Origin: Octopus sinensis
Taxonomy: Eukaryota
DNA: 64,000 nucleotides
Direction: 5' to 3'
Assembly: GCF_006345805.1 (NCBI RefSeq)
Contig: NC_043022.1
Span: 18,166,001-18,230,000, forward strand
Part shown: piece by piece, positions 12,230 to 25,103 of the stretch
How the letters are laid out: every line of letters starts with the position of its first letter
How positions within the stretch are numbered: position 1 is the first letter of the stretch
The notes under the pieces: model-generated
The model's database searches: none
What the model saw: only the letters and a program-made list of their open reading frames with translations
Told to the model about the DNA's origin: nothing
Position numbers and translations under genes: made by a program

Positions 12230-12395
12230 TTTACTACTCAGGATTTGCTATTTAGTGTTTCTGTGTATCTTTCTGTTGAAGAGCGTAGGCTCGAAACGTA
12301 AAAGACTTGTTCTATTTCTATTCCTGAGCGCCATACTAATACAATTGTTTGTTTGTACTCCACCTGCCTTCGTCTTTTGTTTATTTTCGTAACCT
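12230..12395 (+). mobile_element. Penelope-like pseudo-LTR fragment with minimal hammerhead-like motif
   Basis: tcttt-CTGTTGAA-GAGCgtagGCTC-GAAACGTA-aaaga at 12273-12300; the downstream ~100 bp closely matches 60288-60412. Confidence 0.55.
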
Positions 12396-13055
12396 TAGAA
12401 TACATCGTAAATATTCAAAGAACCTTCATGGTTTGGTGATCTGGCTAAATTTCTCTTTATCGTCTGCCGTGTTTAGTTCTCCTCGCTTTTCAGTCAAACT
12501 TTTAGAATTCGAATCCAACATGGCAGATATTCTTCCGTTGCTTTCTATCTTCTGCGACAGACTCGAACTCAGTTGCTTGGATGCCGCAGAGTGTGAAGTT
12601 CCCCTTTAAGGCGTCTATGAATCTCGAATCAACGTATAAACACAAGAAAACGAAATTTACTACTCAGGTTTTGCGCTCTCTCTGGTAAAATTTGGTGAAT
12701 ATGAACGAAACAGTGTGTCTGCAACGCACTAACGAGGCCGATTCTAAATCAAGGGGGGTCACGTATTTTCTGGGTAAGAATTTGGAACGTCGGCTGTTGA
12801 TTTTCGAGCATTTTAAAATTACTCGAAAATTTTCTTCAGTGACAGTAGCTAGGTAAGAGATCTAATGTTCGGTTGAGTGAAACCAATGGCTGTACCTTTG
12901 GAGAATCAGGAAGCAGAAGGTGACCTGGTTTAATGTACCGTTCACTATAAATGTAACCAGTAATATGTGTAGGTACTTTCTATAGACATATGTATACGTG
13001 TATGTATGTATGTGTGTGTGTGTGCGTGCACATGTGAATGTACCTATAATTTTAC

Positions 13056-13094
<39 letters not shown>

Positions 13095-13489
13095 TATTAT
13101 TTCATTAAACTTGGCGTTTATATGCGTTTGATACTATTATTGCTGTTATTTTGTATTCTCAAATTATTTAACCCTAATAACATTAAGGTCAGTTATTCCT
13201 GCAGTCATTTTGTGGCACAATTGTCAAAGCAATACAGACCACCGAATCGACCTTCAGAGTGTGCTTCATCCTACATTCCATTCTATCGGTGTCTATTTAT
13301 CGAATTGCTAAGGCTTGTACTTTTGACGTAAAATGATTTAACTCGTAGCACCGATTTACACTGATATACACAGAGAAATTCGAGAGCAACGCCGAGGATT
13401 TCTTTATCACAAGGCTTTGCCTCTGCGCGTCTGTAGGCTTCCAATGCTTTCAGTTCCTGACGTTCCCATACAATTTTCAATATTCGCCA

Positions 13490-14440
13490 CCAAACAGCGC
13501 ATACATACATATACATACACAGCCTTACACATACATACATACATACATACATACATACATACATACATACATACATACATACATGCATACATACATACAT
13601 ACATACATACATACATACATACTTACATACGTACATGCATACATACATACATACATACATACATACATACACACATACATATACACATACATACATACGT
13701 ACATGCATACATACATACATACGTAAGTACGTACTTACGTACAGCCAACACATACGCACAGATGCATAGACATATACGTACATAGATACATACACGCACT
13801 CAGACACACACGCGTATACACACACGCGCGCACATACATACATAATACGTACACAAATACACTTCACCTAAAAAACAGCTACACACATAAACACATACTC
13901 AGTTACACAGACATAAACATATATACATATATGCATACATACATACATACATACATACATACATACATACATACATACATACATACATACATACATACGT
14001 ACACACAAACACATTCAGCTACATAAACAGCCCAGCACACACACATACGTTCCAGCGTGCACAGAAACACAGATTCAGTCACACAGACATACATATATAC
14101 ACATATATACATACGTTCGCACACACACATAAACACACACTCAGCTACATAAACAGCCCAGCAAACACGTACACACACACACACACAACACACTCATACA
14201 CACACACAGCCCAGCAGACATGCACACACACACACACACATACATACACATACAGCCCAGCGTGCACACAAACACACACTCAGTCACACGGACATACACA
14301 TATACACATGCATACATACATACACACACACACATACAGACCCCCCCCCCACATATATATATATATATACACACACACACAAACACACTGTCAGCCCAGC
14401 ACATACACTAACTCACTCACACACACACACACACTCAGCC
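13490..14440. repeat. (CATA)n/(CA)n compound with recurring cagcccagca units
   Basis: Direct reading. Confidence 0.9.
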
Positions 14441-14744
14441 TCATGCGCAAATTGTCCCAATATGTATTTTTTCCTGAATGGTGTCACCACAAACGAAATT
14501 GCATATTTAAATACTGGACCTATTTCAATATCTGAACCAAATGAAAAACGACCTAATACCGCTGCCGTTCTGATTATGCGTCTCCAGGCTTTCATATTTC
14601 TTTCGCGACGAAACACGCAACTCGTGTCTTTGCATAGATTTACATCCTAATATTTCTTGCCAGATCCGTTTCGTCCTCTTCTTCTTTTCTTTTTCTATTA
14701 AATATATGTATATTTTCTACAGAAATTAATTAAGAACCTCCGCC

Positions 14745-15132
14745 TACTACTACTACTATTACTATTACTATGAAGACGACAGCGATGATCCATTACTACC
14801 AATACTATCACGATCACCATCACCACCATCAACACCACCACCACTATCACCATCATTACTACTACTACTACTACTACTATACTACTACTATAAGTATCAT
14901 CATAAACGTCACCACCGCCATCCTCACTACCCTCACCACAGCTACCTTCCCCACCATCACAACCGCCACCCTCACACTATCACGACCGCCACCCCACCCC
15001 CATTACCACCATTACTACTACTACTACTACTACTACTACTACAAGTATCATCATATACGTCACCACCACCACCCTCACCACAGTCACCTTCCTCACCATC
15101 ACAACCGCCACCCTCACCCCCATCACCACCAT

Positions 15133-15165
<33 letters not shown>

Positions 15166-15174
15166 CACCATCGT

Positions 15175-15221
<47 letters not shown>

Positions 15222-15272
15222 TCGTCACTACTACTACTACTACTACTACTTCCACCATCGTCACTACTACTA

Positions 15273-15313
<41 letters not shown>
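14745..15313. repeat. (CTA)n/(CAC)n/(CTG)n compound microsatellite with internal duplications
   Basis: Direct reading. Confidence 0.9.
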
Positions 15314-15654
15314 AGGTATCTTGGGGTTCAGCCATATTTCTTTGGGGGTTATAGTTTCAATAAGAGCAAGTCAGGGAGCAAGCAGAAAGGGCAGTGACTT
15401 CTTCGCAATGCATTAAGCTTAGAGAAGATCGTCATTGATAACAGGGATTTCAGGTTCTGCCACAAGGCTATAATTTCACGGGAAGGGGTCAGTCGATTAT
15501 ACAACCCCCAGTACTCAACTGGTACTTAATTTAATGACCTTGAAAGGGAAAATCGACCTCGCCGGAATTTGAATCCAGAACGTAAAGTTGGGCGAAATGC
15601 CGCTTAATATTTCGCCCAAGCAGGCTGCTAACGATTCTGCCAGATCGCTGCCTT

Positions 15655-15806
15655 AATTATAATAATAATAAAAATAATGATAATAATTATAATAATAATA
15701 ATAATATTTTACCCCAGTGTCACTTTGATGGCATGCACTGCTCTCCCACTCAATAATAATAATAATAACAATAATAATAATAATAATAAAATAATAATAA
15801 TAATAA

Positions 15807-15845
<39 letters not shown>

Positions 15846-15851
15846 TATATA

Positions 15852-15900
<49 letters not shown>

Positions 15901-15939
15901 TAACTATATACTAATAATAATAATAATAATAATAATAAC

Positions 15940-15970
<31 letters not shown>

Positions 15971-15978
15971 CTATATAC

Positions 15979-16014
<36 letters not shown>

Positions 16015-16116
16015 TAATAATAACTATATAATAATAATAATAATGATAATAATACTAATAATAATAATAACTATATAATAATAATAATAACAACTATATA
16101 CTACTACTACTACTAC

Positions 16117-16150
<34 letters not shown>

Positions 16151-16157
16151 AATAATA
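15655..16157. repeat. (AAT)n with aactat interruptions
   Basis: Direct reading. Confidence 0.9.
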
Positions 16158-16176
16158 GTGATTTCATTTATTTGCC

Positions 16177-16590
16177 ACAAGGGCGAAGGATGAGGGGGGC
16201 AATACAGAGGTGGATATAAAGTGAGGGTTTACATATAATAATGAAATGATAAAAAAGGGGGTAAATATACACTGTGTACATTGGAAAAAAAGGGACAAAT
16301 GCATAGCATACAAAGGTAAAAATAAAAACAGAATGTCGGGGGGGGGTTGATAGAGATGTGGCCCTCCTGACACAGGAACGGCTCTAAGGATAATCGAGAT
16401 ACCCCACTGTCCGGGATTTCTCTGAAACCCAGGAGCAAGTGCCCTCTCCAATTCCTTCTCTCCGACCCAAAGGTCTGTACTTAGGGAGGTACGATCCACT
16501 CTGGCCATTCTCGCAACTTTCACTTTCAAAGTGAAACTTGATAATAATTGTTGGAATACGACCGCACCCATTCAAGTACGTATTGAGAAT
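16177..16590 (-). mobile_element. 3' relic of a probable L1/Tx1-like non-LTR element
   Basis: Frames KFHF/LKVKVARMARVDRTSLSTDL resemble, from memory, Tx1-like C-termini; long pyrimidine-rich UTR ending gcccttgtggcaaataaatgaaatcac(tat)n. Confidence 0.4.
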
Positions 16591-16719
16591 CTAAATGGAA
16601 GCCACTAGAATGTTGCATGGCATGGCCTTTGAGCTGGGCAATGCTCTGCACAGGACATTGCTCTTTCTTTAATATGCATGTGAGCAGCCGTCGCCGCCGT
16701 CAGAGTGAAAAGCCTGATA

Positions 16720-16724
16720 TACAT

Positions 16725-16776
<52 letters not shown>

Positions 16777-16865
16777 TTATTTATACATGCATACATATAT
16801 ATGTGTATGTATATATATGTATACACACACATGTATATAAATTTACATATCTATGTATCATTATC

Positions 16866-16910
<45 letters not shown>

Positions 16911-16914
16911 ACTG

Positions 16915-16967
<53 letters not shown>

Positions 16968-17004
16968 AGATATATATATATATACATGTATATATATACA
17001 TATT

Positions 17005-17057
<53 letters not shown>

Positions 17058-17098
17058 GTATGTATGTATGTATGTGCATACATATACATGCTTACTTT

Positions 17099-17172
<74 letters not shown>

Positions 17173-17413
17173 CATACGTACATTGTGACGTTTACCGGAG
17201 CTAACAGACGTTTCCGCCGCGCCTCTCCCACACTTCCCCTGCTCCAAAACCCACTCGACATCCTTGTTATTCTCGCGTTTTCTTAATCTAAATGAATCAA
17301 TATTATTTCCGATAACTATCTCGAGATGATTTATTGGGAAGCCTTATTATCATACTACGGACAGGCGAGTGGGAGGGTGTTTTAAATTAATTACACATAT
17401 ACATTATATATAT

Positions 17414-17490
<77 letters not shown>

Positions 17491-17648
17491 CAGATACAGA
17501 TGACTGAAAGAAGACCACGAATGACCCGTCTCTTTTTGCCTGTCCTTCTAATTGGTGTTTCTCTTGTCCGCCTTTGTATCGTCTGTCCGAATGTATTATT
17601 GTACTCTATTGCGTTTCTGTTTTTATATTTATATATAGATAGATATGC

Positions 17649-17706
<58 letters not shown>

Positions 17707-17710
17707 ATAT

Positions 17711-17741
<31 letters not shown>

Positions 17742-17857
17742 TATGTATATATACGTACGAGTGCACACACATGCACTTATACATTCTCTCAGTTTATACA
17801 CACACACACACACATATATATACATATATGTATGCTCTGTAAATATACATGTAGATA

Positions 17858-17909
<52 letters not shown>

Positions 17910-17970
17910 TATATGTGTGTGTGTATGTGTGTCTGCATGTGTGTGTATATGTCTGTCCTTGTGTGTGTGT
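16720..17970. repeat. Two (TA)/(CA)/(TAGA) compound microsatellite blocks
   Basis: Direct reading of 16720-17190 and 17390-17970. Confidence 0.9.
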
Positions 17971-18310
17971 AGGGGTGTATGGACGAGGCAGTGTGCTCAG
18001 GTTGTACTTGACAGTATGTGCAGTGTAAACAATATCCGATCCAAAAAATAAAAGTATTTCTTTAAAAAAATACTTTTAAACCCCCTCGATTAGATTAAAA
18101 CTGGGAGATAACAATTTTCTCAAAATAGCAGCCCTCAGCATGCATCGCAACTTCCGTTCGGTCCAGAATCTGGTGCGTGCGTTCCTCACTGTGTCTCTTG
18201 GAAAATCTTCGAACACATTTAGGTTAGTCGAATTCATCAATGACAACTCGCCATTCTGCTCGCAAAGGACGAACTTCGATATTTGATATTCGTAGTCAAG
18301 CATTTTGCCA
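17969..18310 (-). pseudogene. Tc1/mariner transposase C-terminal relic
   Basis: LDY..FEDFPRDTVRNARTRF then, after a frameshift, EVAMHAEGCYFEK; resembles the ..ACxRFRxRLEAVIxAEGGYFE ending of Tc1/mariner transposases. Confidence 0.45.
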
Positions 18311-18589
18311 AGAGGCGCGGGAGTGGCTGTGTGGTAAGAACCTTGCTTCCCAGCCACATATTTACACGACAGGCTTCTTTCAGTTTCCGTCCACCAAATC
18401 CACTCACAAGGCTTTGGTCGGCCTGAGGCTATAGTAGAAGACGCTTGCCCAAGGTGCCGCGCAGTGAGAATGAACCCGGAACCATGTGGTCGGCAAGCAA
18501 GCTACTTACCACACAGCCACTGCTGCGCCAACTCTACAGAACGTGATTCAACTACTTTAATCGTTATTGATATGGTTAAGGTGGTGAGC

Positions 18590-19310
18590 AACTGGTACTT
18601 AATTTATCGACCCCGAAAGGATGAAAGGCAAAGTCGACCTCGGCGGAATTTGAACTCAGAACGTAACGACAGACGAAATACCTATTTCTTTACTACCCAG
18701 AAGGGGCTAAACATAGAGAGGACAAACAAGGACAGACAAACGGATTAAGTCGATTACATCAACCCCAGTGCGTAACTGGTACTTATTTAATCGGCGAACT
18801 GGCAGAAACGTTAGCCCGCCGGGCGAAATGTTTAGCAGTATTTCGTCTGCCGTTACGTTGTGAGTTCAAATTCCGCCGAGGTCGACTTTGCCTTTCATCC
18901 TTTCGGGGTCGATAAATTAAGTACCAGTTACGCACTGGGGTCGATGTAATCGACTTAATACCTATGTCAGTCCTTGTTTGTCCACTCTATGTTTAGCCCC
19001 TTGTGGGTAATAAAGAAATAGGTACTTAATTTATCGACCCCAAAAGGATGAAAGGCAAAGTCGACCTCGGCGGAATTTGAACTCAGAACGTAGCGGCAGG
19101 GGTTAAACACACAGAGGACAAACAAGGACAGACAAAGGAATTAAGTCGATTATATCGACCCCAGTGCGTAACTGGTACTTATTTAATCGACCCCGAAAGG
19201 ATGAAAGGCAAAGTCGACCTCAGCGGAATTTGAACTCACAACGTAACGGCAGACGAAATACCGGTAAGCATTTCGCCCGGCGTGCTAACGCTTCTGCCAG
19301 CTCACCGCCT
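18590..19310. repeat. Three adjacent SINE C copies in minus/plus/minus orientation
   Basis: A ~95-bp core at 18590-18682 is the near-perfect reverse complement of 18836-18930, which in turn is complementary to the copies after 19020. Confidence 0.85.
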
Positions 19311-19864
19311 TGGTCGAGTTTTACTAATGTCGGCGACAAATTTCCATCGATTTAGAGACGAGATAAATTTTCGTTACAGAACGTCGTTGTCTCTTTTTCC
19401 TCACCAAACTCCTCATTTCCCGATTTTCTTTACGATCAAACACACTAATAGTTTATCTTCTCTTACAACACTCAACAATTACAATGCTATTTTTTTGCTT
19501 TTTCTCTTTAATATTTTGCGGTTACATTTATCGACGCCATGGCGTTTTCGCCATAAATCTCAACTCATCTTGTCCGAGTCTTGTTTTACGTTCAATTATA
19601 TCGCTAACTGGTTTCTTTGTTGAAATCTTCTCCGCCAAAGCTACGATGCTATTTCTTATAATTACCTTCATGTATTATTCTGTATTTCCAATGTAAACGA
19701 CGGTCTCTGCTGTCCACCATCTTGTGTGATTCCTGTGTTTCTACCTTTTCCTATTCTTTTTTTTTGTTTGTTTTGCCTGATATTTTCATTTCTTTTGGGA
19801 AACTGAAGTTAGAAAATGGTCTCTCTCTCCACCTCCCTCTCTCTCCACCTCCCTCTCTCTTATT

Positions 19865-20106
19865 AATTATTTCTTTTCTCTACTACTACTACTGCTGCTG
19901 CTGCTGCTACTACTACTACTACTACTACCACTACTATTACAATTTCTACTTCTGCTGCAGCAACAACAACAACAACAACAACAACTACTACTACTACTGC
20001 TACTACTACTACTACTATTACAATTTCTACTGCTGCAGCAACAACAACAACTACTACTACTACTGCTGCTGCTGCTACTACTACTACTACTACTGCCACT
20101 ACCACC

Positions 20107-20138
<32 letters not shown>

Positions 20139-20330
20139 AACAACTACTACTACTATTTCTACTGCTGATGTTGCTGTGGTGCTGCTGGTGGTGGTAGTGG
20201 TGGTGGTGCTGCTACTACTACTACTACTGCTGTTTCTGCTACTATTGCTGCTACTACTGCTGGTGGTGGTGGTGGTGTTACTACTACTTCTACCACCACC
20301 ACTATCGCCGCTATTGGTGCTACTTACTAT
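19865..20330. repeat. (TAC)/(TGC)/(AAC)/(TGG) compound microsatellite
   Basis: Direct reading. Confidence 0.9.
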
Positions 20331-20929
20331 TGTTGCTATTTGTTATATTCTGTTGTTTCCGGTTTAATTATGCTTTCCAACGAACCGCAACTCAAGGTCT
20401 TGGATGAGGATTACTTTTTACCTTTTGTAAAAAAAAAAAACAAAAAAAAAAACAAAAATGTTTTTTCTGACCTTCCCATCTGGTTCTCCATTGTATCGAA
20501 CACGTACCGGACAATTCCTACTGATCCTAGCTGACATTTAATTTTCTATTTTGTTTTGCGCTGCACCTTTTCATGGGTTGAAATCAAGTTGTTCAAAGTT
20601 TGTTCTCAGATATTTTGCCACTATTCTCAAGGTTCCAGTAATAATTGACCGTCTCGTTATTTCGTTAACTTCCCTGTTCCAGCACTTGAGGTTTTCATGC
20701 TTTTAGTGGATACACTGCTCTAAGCTCTCCTTTTACTTTCTTTTCCTTTCGCTTTGATATCAAATAGACATGCCACGCTTATTATAATGCATAAGCTCTA
20801 CTTTTTATCGTTGACTTCAATATCTGGTCTATTGTATCTTATCTTTATTTGAGTGTGTATCAGAATTTTTCACAAATTGGCTACAGCTTTGCATATCATC
20901 ATCATCATCATTATTTTTTTGTGAAAACG

Positions 20930-21052
20930 CCCAGTTTATTTTGCTGGGCTTGATGGAAAGAGTCAGCTGTCCACAGCCAGCAGACTAAGGCGAGACTTGT
21001 TTTACTGGTCATGCTTCAAGAACCCTGCAGAGAATTCTTACAATTCCAAGCA
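20930..21052 (-). mobile_element. RLE non-LTR 3' end, subfamily W
   Basis: Minus strand LGIVRILCRVLEA-stop plus short UTR; homologous to 32040-32232 and 32978-33170. Confidence 0.75.
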
Positions 21053-21128
21053 TTATTATTATTATTATATTATTATCATTATTATTATTTTTATTATTAT
21101 TATTATTATATTATCATTATTATCACTA

Positions 21129-21159
<31 letters not shown>

Positions 21160-21277
21160 TACTATTATTATTATTGTTATTATTATTATTATTACTATAT
21201 TATTATTATTATTACTATTATTATTATTATATTATTATCATTATTATTATTATTATTATTATTACTATTACTTTATT

Positions 21278-21310
<33 letters not shown>

Positions 21311-21545
21311 ATTATTATTATTTTAATTATTATTATTATTATATTATTATATTATTATATTATTATTATTATTATTTTATTATTATTATATTATATTATT
21401 ATTATTATTATTATTATTATCATTATTATTATCATTATTATTATTACTATTACTATTATTATTATTGTTATTATTATTATTATACTATTATTATTATATA
21501 TTAATTATATTATATTATACATTATTATTATTATTGTTATTATTA

Positions 21546-21577
<32 letters not shown>

Positions 21578-22038
21578 TATTATTATTATATTATATTATT
21601 ATTATATATTATTATTATTATTATATTAATTATTATTATTATTATATATTATTATTATTATATTATATTATTATTATTATTATTATATTATTATTATTAT
21701 ATTATAATTATTATTTATTATATTATTATTATTATTATATTATTATTATCATTATTATTATTATATTATTATTATTTATTATTATTTATTATTATTATAT
21801 ATATTATTATTATATTATTACTATTATTATTATTATTATTTATTATTATCATTATTATTATATTATTATTGTTATTATTATTATTATTATCATTATATTA
21901 TTATTACTATTATCATTATATTATTATTATTATTATATCATTGTTATTATCCTTATTATCTTATTATTATTATTATTTTATTATTATTATTATTATTATT
22001 GTTATTATCATTATTATTATTATTATTATTTTATTATG

Positions 22039-22084
<46 letters not shown>

Positions 22085-22108
22085 TATTATTATTATTATT
22101 ATTATTAT
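21053..22108. repeat. ~1.05-kb imperfect (ATT)n
   Basis: Direct reading. Confidence 0.95.
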
Positions 22109-22605
22109 CTTGGTTCGTCTCCGATTCGGTCTTATTCCTTGTAGGGACTCTGTGGATAGCAGGTTACTACCTGTGATCTCAGGTATCCGCAATTTTCCAC
22201 CAGTCTTCCAAGTGCTTAGAACCGTCCTGATAATCCTTGCTCTCCCCAAAAAACAAACTTTCTGTCGGAGCTCTACCGGCCATTCTATTCCAATCTCCTT
22301 AAGCCATTTCTCTATATCTTTACTCACTCTTCCCAAAGCATCCAATCATTATAAGCACCACCTTTACCGTTCGCCATCATCCAAATTCTTCCTGTTTCAA
22401 ATTTGAAGGGACTGTGTTTTCTTTGTTTTGTTTTTTCCCTTCCTCTTTCTTCACGATCCTGGAATCGAATGGGCATGATGCGTTGATTAGTAAAGCAACT
22501 TGGCTTTTCCTCATCTCTAATTGTTATGTCCGGTCTATTATCTTCTTGTCCGTTTGAATAGGAAACTCCCACAAAATCTTACATTTTTCCGAGTGTCTAA
22601 TACTC
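22108..22605 (-). mobile_element. RLE non-LTR 3' end, subfamily Z
   Basis: KILWEFPIQTDK..DNRPDITI..ALGRVSKDIEKWLKEIGIEWPVELRQKVCFLGRARIIRTVLST; the 3' end runs into the 1-kb (AAT)n tract. Confidence 0.8.
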
Positions 22606-22714
22606 TTATCATCATCATCACTACCACCGTCGTCACCGTCACCACCACCACCACCACCACCACCACCATCATCCCCATGATCGTCATCACCACCATCACC
22701 ATCCTCATGATAGT

Positions 22715-23225
22715 CATTACTATTTCATATACGTACAACAGATTAAACTGTTAGATAAAAAAAGTCCTAACATCGGGCTACAACAAGTAGCCTTAGATGC
22801 CCTTAAGAACCCTCCTAAATACCCTAGCTGTCCCTAACAACACTGTTTTCTAGACCTGCACTAAACTAGGTTTTACGCCTATTTCCTCCATCCATCTGTT
22901 CAAACCTTTAGGGATAGTGCCCAATGCATCTGTATCTACAGGGATACATTTTACCTGCTCTTTCAATTAGCCTCTGTAACTCAATGGCTTGGTCCTGGTA
23001 CTCTGCTATTTCTTCTCATGTTGACCTTCTCACCTTTTAGAACTATAAACTCAATTACCTGGAACTTTCCATTCTCTTTGTCTCCTGTTGTTACTGCTAA
23101 ATCAGGCCTTCTAGCTTTTATTACTCTGTCAGTCTGGATATGAAGATCCCACATCTTATTTTCTAGCACTTTACTAGGTTCATGTTCATACCACTTGTCA
23201 GTTATATAGAAATCCTAGTTTTTTT
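22715..23225 (-). mobile_element. RLE non-LTR 3' end (further subfamily)
   Basis: WDLHIQTDRVIKARRPDL..ALGTIPKGLNRWMEEIGVK..LLGTARVFRRVLKGI-stop. Confidence 0.8.
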
Positions 23226-23277
23226 TACATAACTCTCATTATTATTATTATTACTATTATTGTTGTTATTATTATTA

Positions 23278-23340
23278 TTTTTTTTTCTTTCAAATTTGCT
23301 TCCATTTCTTGCCGAGTGTCTTCCCGACTCCTAGGGCAAA
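23278..23340 (-). mobile_element. 3' UTR tip of subfamily Y
   Basis: Reverse complement of ~29070-29135 (gccctaggagtcgggaagacactcggcaagaaatggaagcaaatttgaaaga), embedded in (ATT)n. Confidence 0.8.
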
Positions 23341-23354
23341 TGTCTTCCCGACAC

Positions 23355-23407
<53 letters not shown>

Positions 23408-23408
<1 letters not shown>

Positions 23409-23707
23409 GTTTGACTTTTGCTTTGCATTTGTACAAGTTGGCTCCAAGTCTCACCCAGAGACCTCAAGAGACAACAAGTTGGAAGTTCATGTTGCTGTTA
23501 TGCCTAGGCTGCCATATATTTAGTTTTGTACTTAGTATTGTTCTAGAGAATGTTTAAGAAAAAACATAAGAAAATTATGGTTGTTTTAAAACTTGAGATT
23601 ACATAGAAAGTATTTTACGTAGGATATTGGCAGTTCCCATGAGTACTATCTTTTGAAATTCTGCCATTTTGGGGTTTCCTGGTATCTGAGAGCTAGGTAG
23701 ACTTTAA
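23408..23707 (-). mobile_element. 3' end of subfamily X
   Basis: Reverse complement of ~44330-44625 (GNPKMAEFQKIVLMGTA plus UTR); ends in (AAT)n on its own strand. Confidence 0.82.
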
Positions 23708-24035
23708 ATAGCAGCAAATGAGAGAACCCAGTAGAGATAGCAACCAAACGATGTTTTGCGCGGACAGGAAACTCGAACGACAAACCAAGCGATCGGTTAG
23801 TTAAGTGGTTAAAAAGTTAAGCGAGTAACTAATAAATAATATAGAAGTGAAATAGAACCAGTGCGTGTATCTATTATTTGCATAATGACCCTACCGAGAA
23901 GCGACAAAAAATAAATGTAATATTCTTTTCTACTCTAGGCACAAAGCTTGAAATTTTTAGGAAGAGGGCCAGTCGATTAGATCGACACCTGTATGCCACT
24001 GGTACCTTCAAATATATGTAATACTACGGTAAAAC

Positions 24036-24436
24036 AAGATGGCGAGCTGACAGAAACGTTAGCACGCCGGGCGAAATGCCTAGCGGTATTTCGTCTGCCG
24101 TTACGTTGTGAGTTCAAATTCCGCCGAGGTCGACTTTGCCTTTCATCCTTTCGAGGTCGATAAATTAAGTACCAGTTACGCACTGGGGTCGATGTAATCG
24201 ACTTTATACCTATGTCTGTCCTTCTTTGTTCCCTCTATGTTTAGCTCCTTGTGGGTAATAAAGAAATAAGTATTTCGTCTGTCTTTACGATCAGAGTTCA
24301 AATTACGCCGTGATCGACATTGTCTTTCATCCTTTCTGGGTCGACAAATTAAGTACCAGTTGCGTACTGGGGTCGATCTAATCGGCTGGTCTTCTTCCCC
24401 AAAATTTAGGGCCTTCTGCCTAGAGTAGAAAAGAAT
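24036..24436 (+). mobile_element. SINE C dimer (head-core-tail1-core-tail2)
   Basis: Same dimeric layout and junction as 26485-26885. Confidence 0.85.
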
Positions 24437-24717
24437 ATTACGATAAAACTAAAAACAGAAATGTTTATTTCCGTTTATTGAAGTGTTGCGACGACTATAA
24501 AATCTAAGTTGATAAAATGTCGTGTGATATCTAAGCCTGCAGTTATAGACATATCAGGCCTGATCATATCAAATGTCTAGGCTATCTTTTTAAAGTTTCT
24601 TTTCTCTTCTTACACTCGCCATTTTCTGTACGTTCATACATTTTTAAGTATCTTTCAGATAAACTATTAATAAGCAAAAAGGCATTGATTGGCTCAGGCC
24701 TATAGTAGAAGACACTT

Positions 24718-25103
24718 GGAGGCGCAATGGCCCAGTGGTTAGGGCAGCGGACTCGCGGTCATAGGATCGCGGTTTCGATTCCCAGACCGGGCGTTGTGAG
24801 TGTTTATTGAGTGAAAACACCTAAAGCTCAACGAGGCTCCGGCAGGGGATTGTGGTGATCCCTGCTGTACTCTTTCACCACAACTTTCTCTCACTCTTAC
24901 TTCCTGTTTCTGTTGTACCTGTATTTTCAAAGGGCCGGCCTTGTCACTCTCTGTGTCACGCTGAATATCCCCGAGAACTACGTTAAGGGTGCACGTGTCT
25001 GTGGAGTGCTCAGCCACTTACACGTTAATTTCACAAGCAGCCTGTTCCGTTGATTCGGATCAACCGGAACCCTCATCGTCGTAACCGACGGAGTGCTTCC
25101 TTA
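24718..25103 (+). mobile_element. SINE A1 inserted into a minus-strand SINE B
   Basis: 11-bp TSD agaagacactt (24707-24717 / 25104-25114); SINE B continues on both sides. Confidence 0.9.

Noticed and set aside
21011-22039. 342-aa ORF of I/Y/L runs
   Set aside because: Translation of the (ATT)n tract; the same applies to the many YI, HT, MYVC, poly-N, poly-L and poly-S ORFs.
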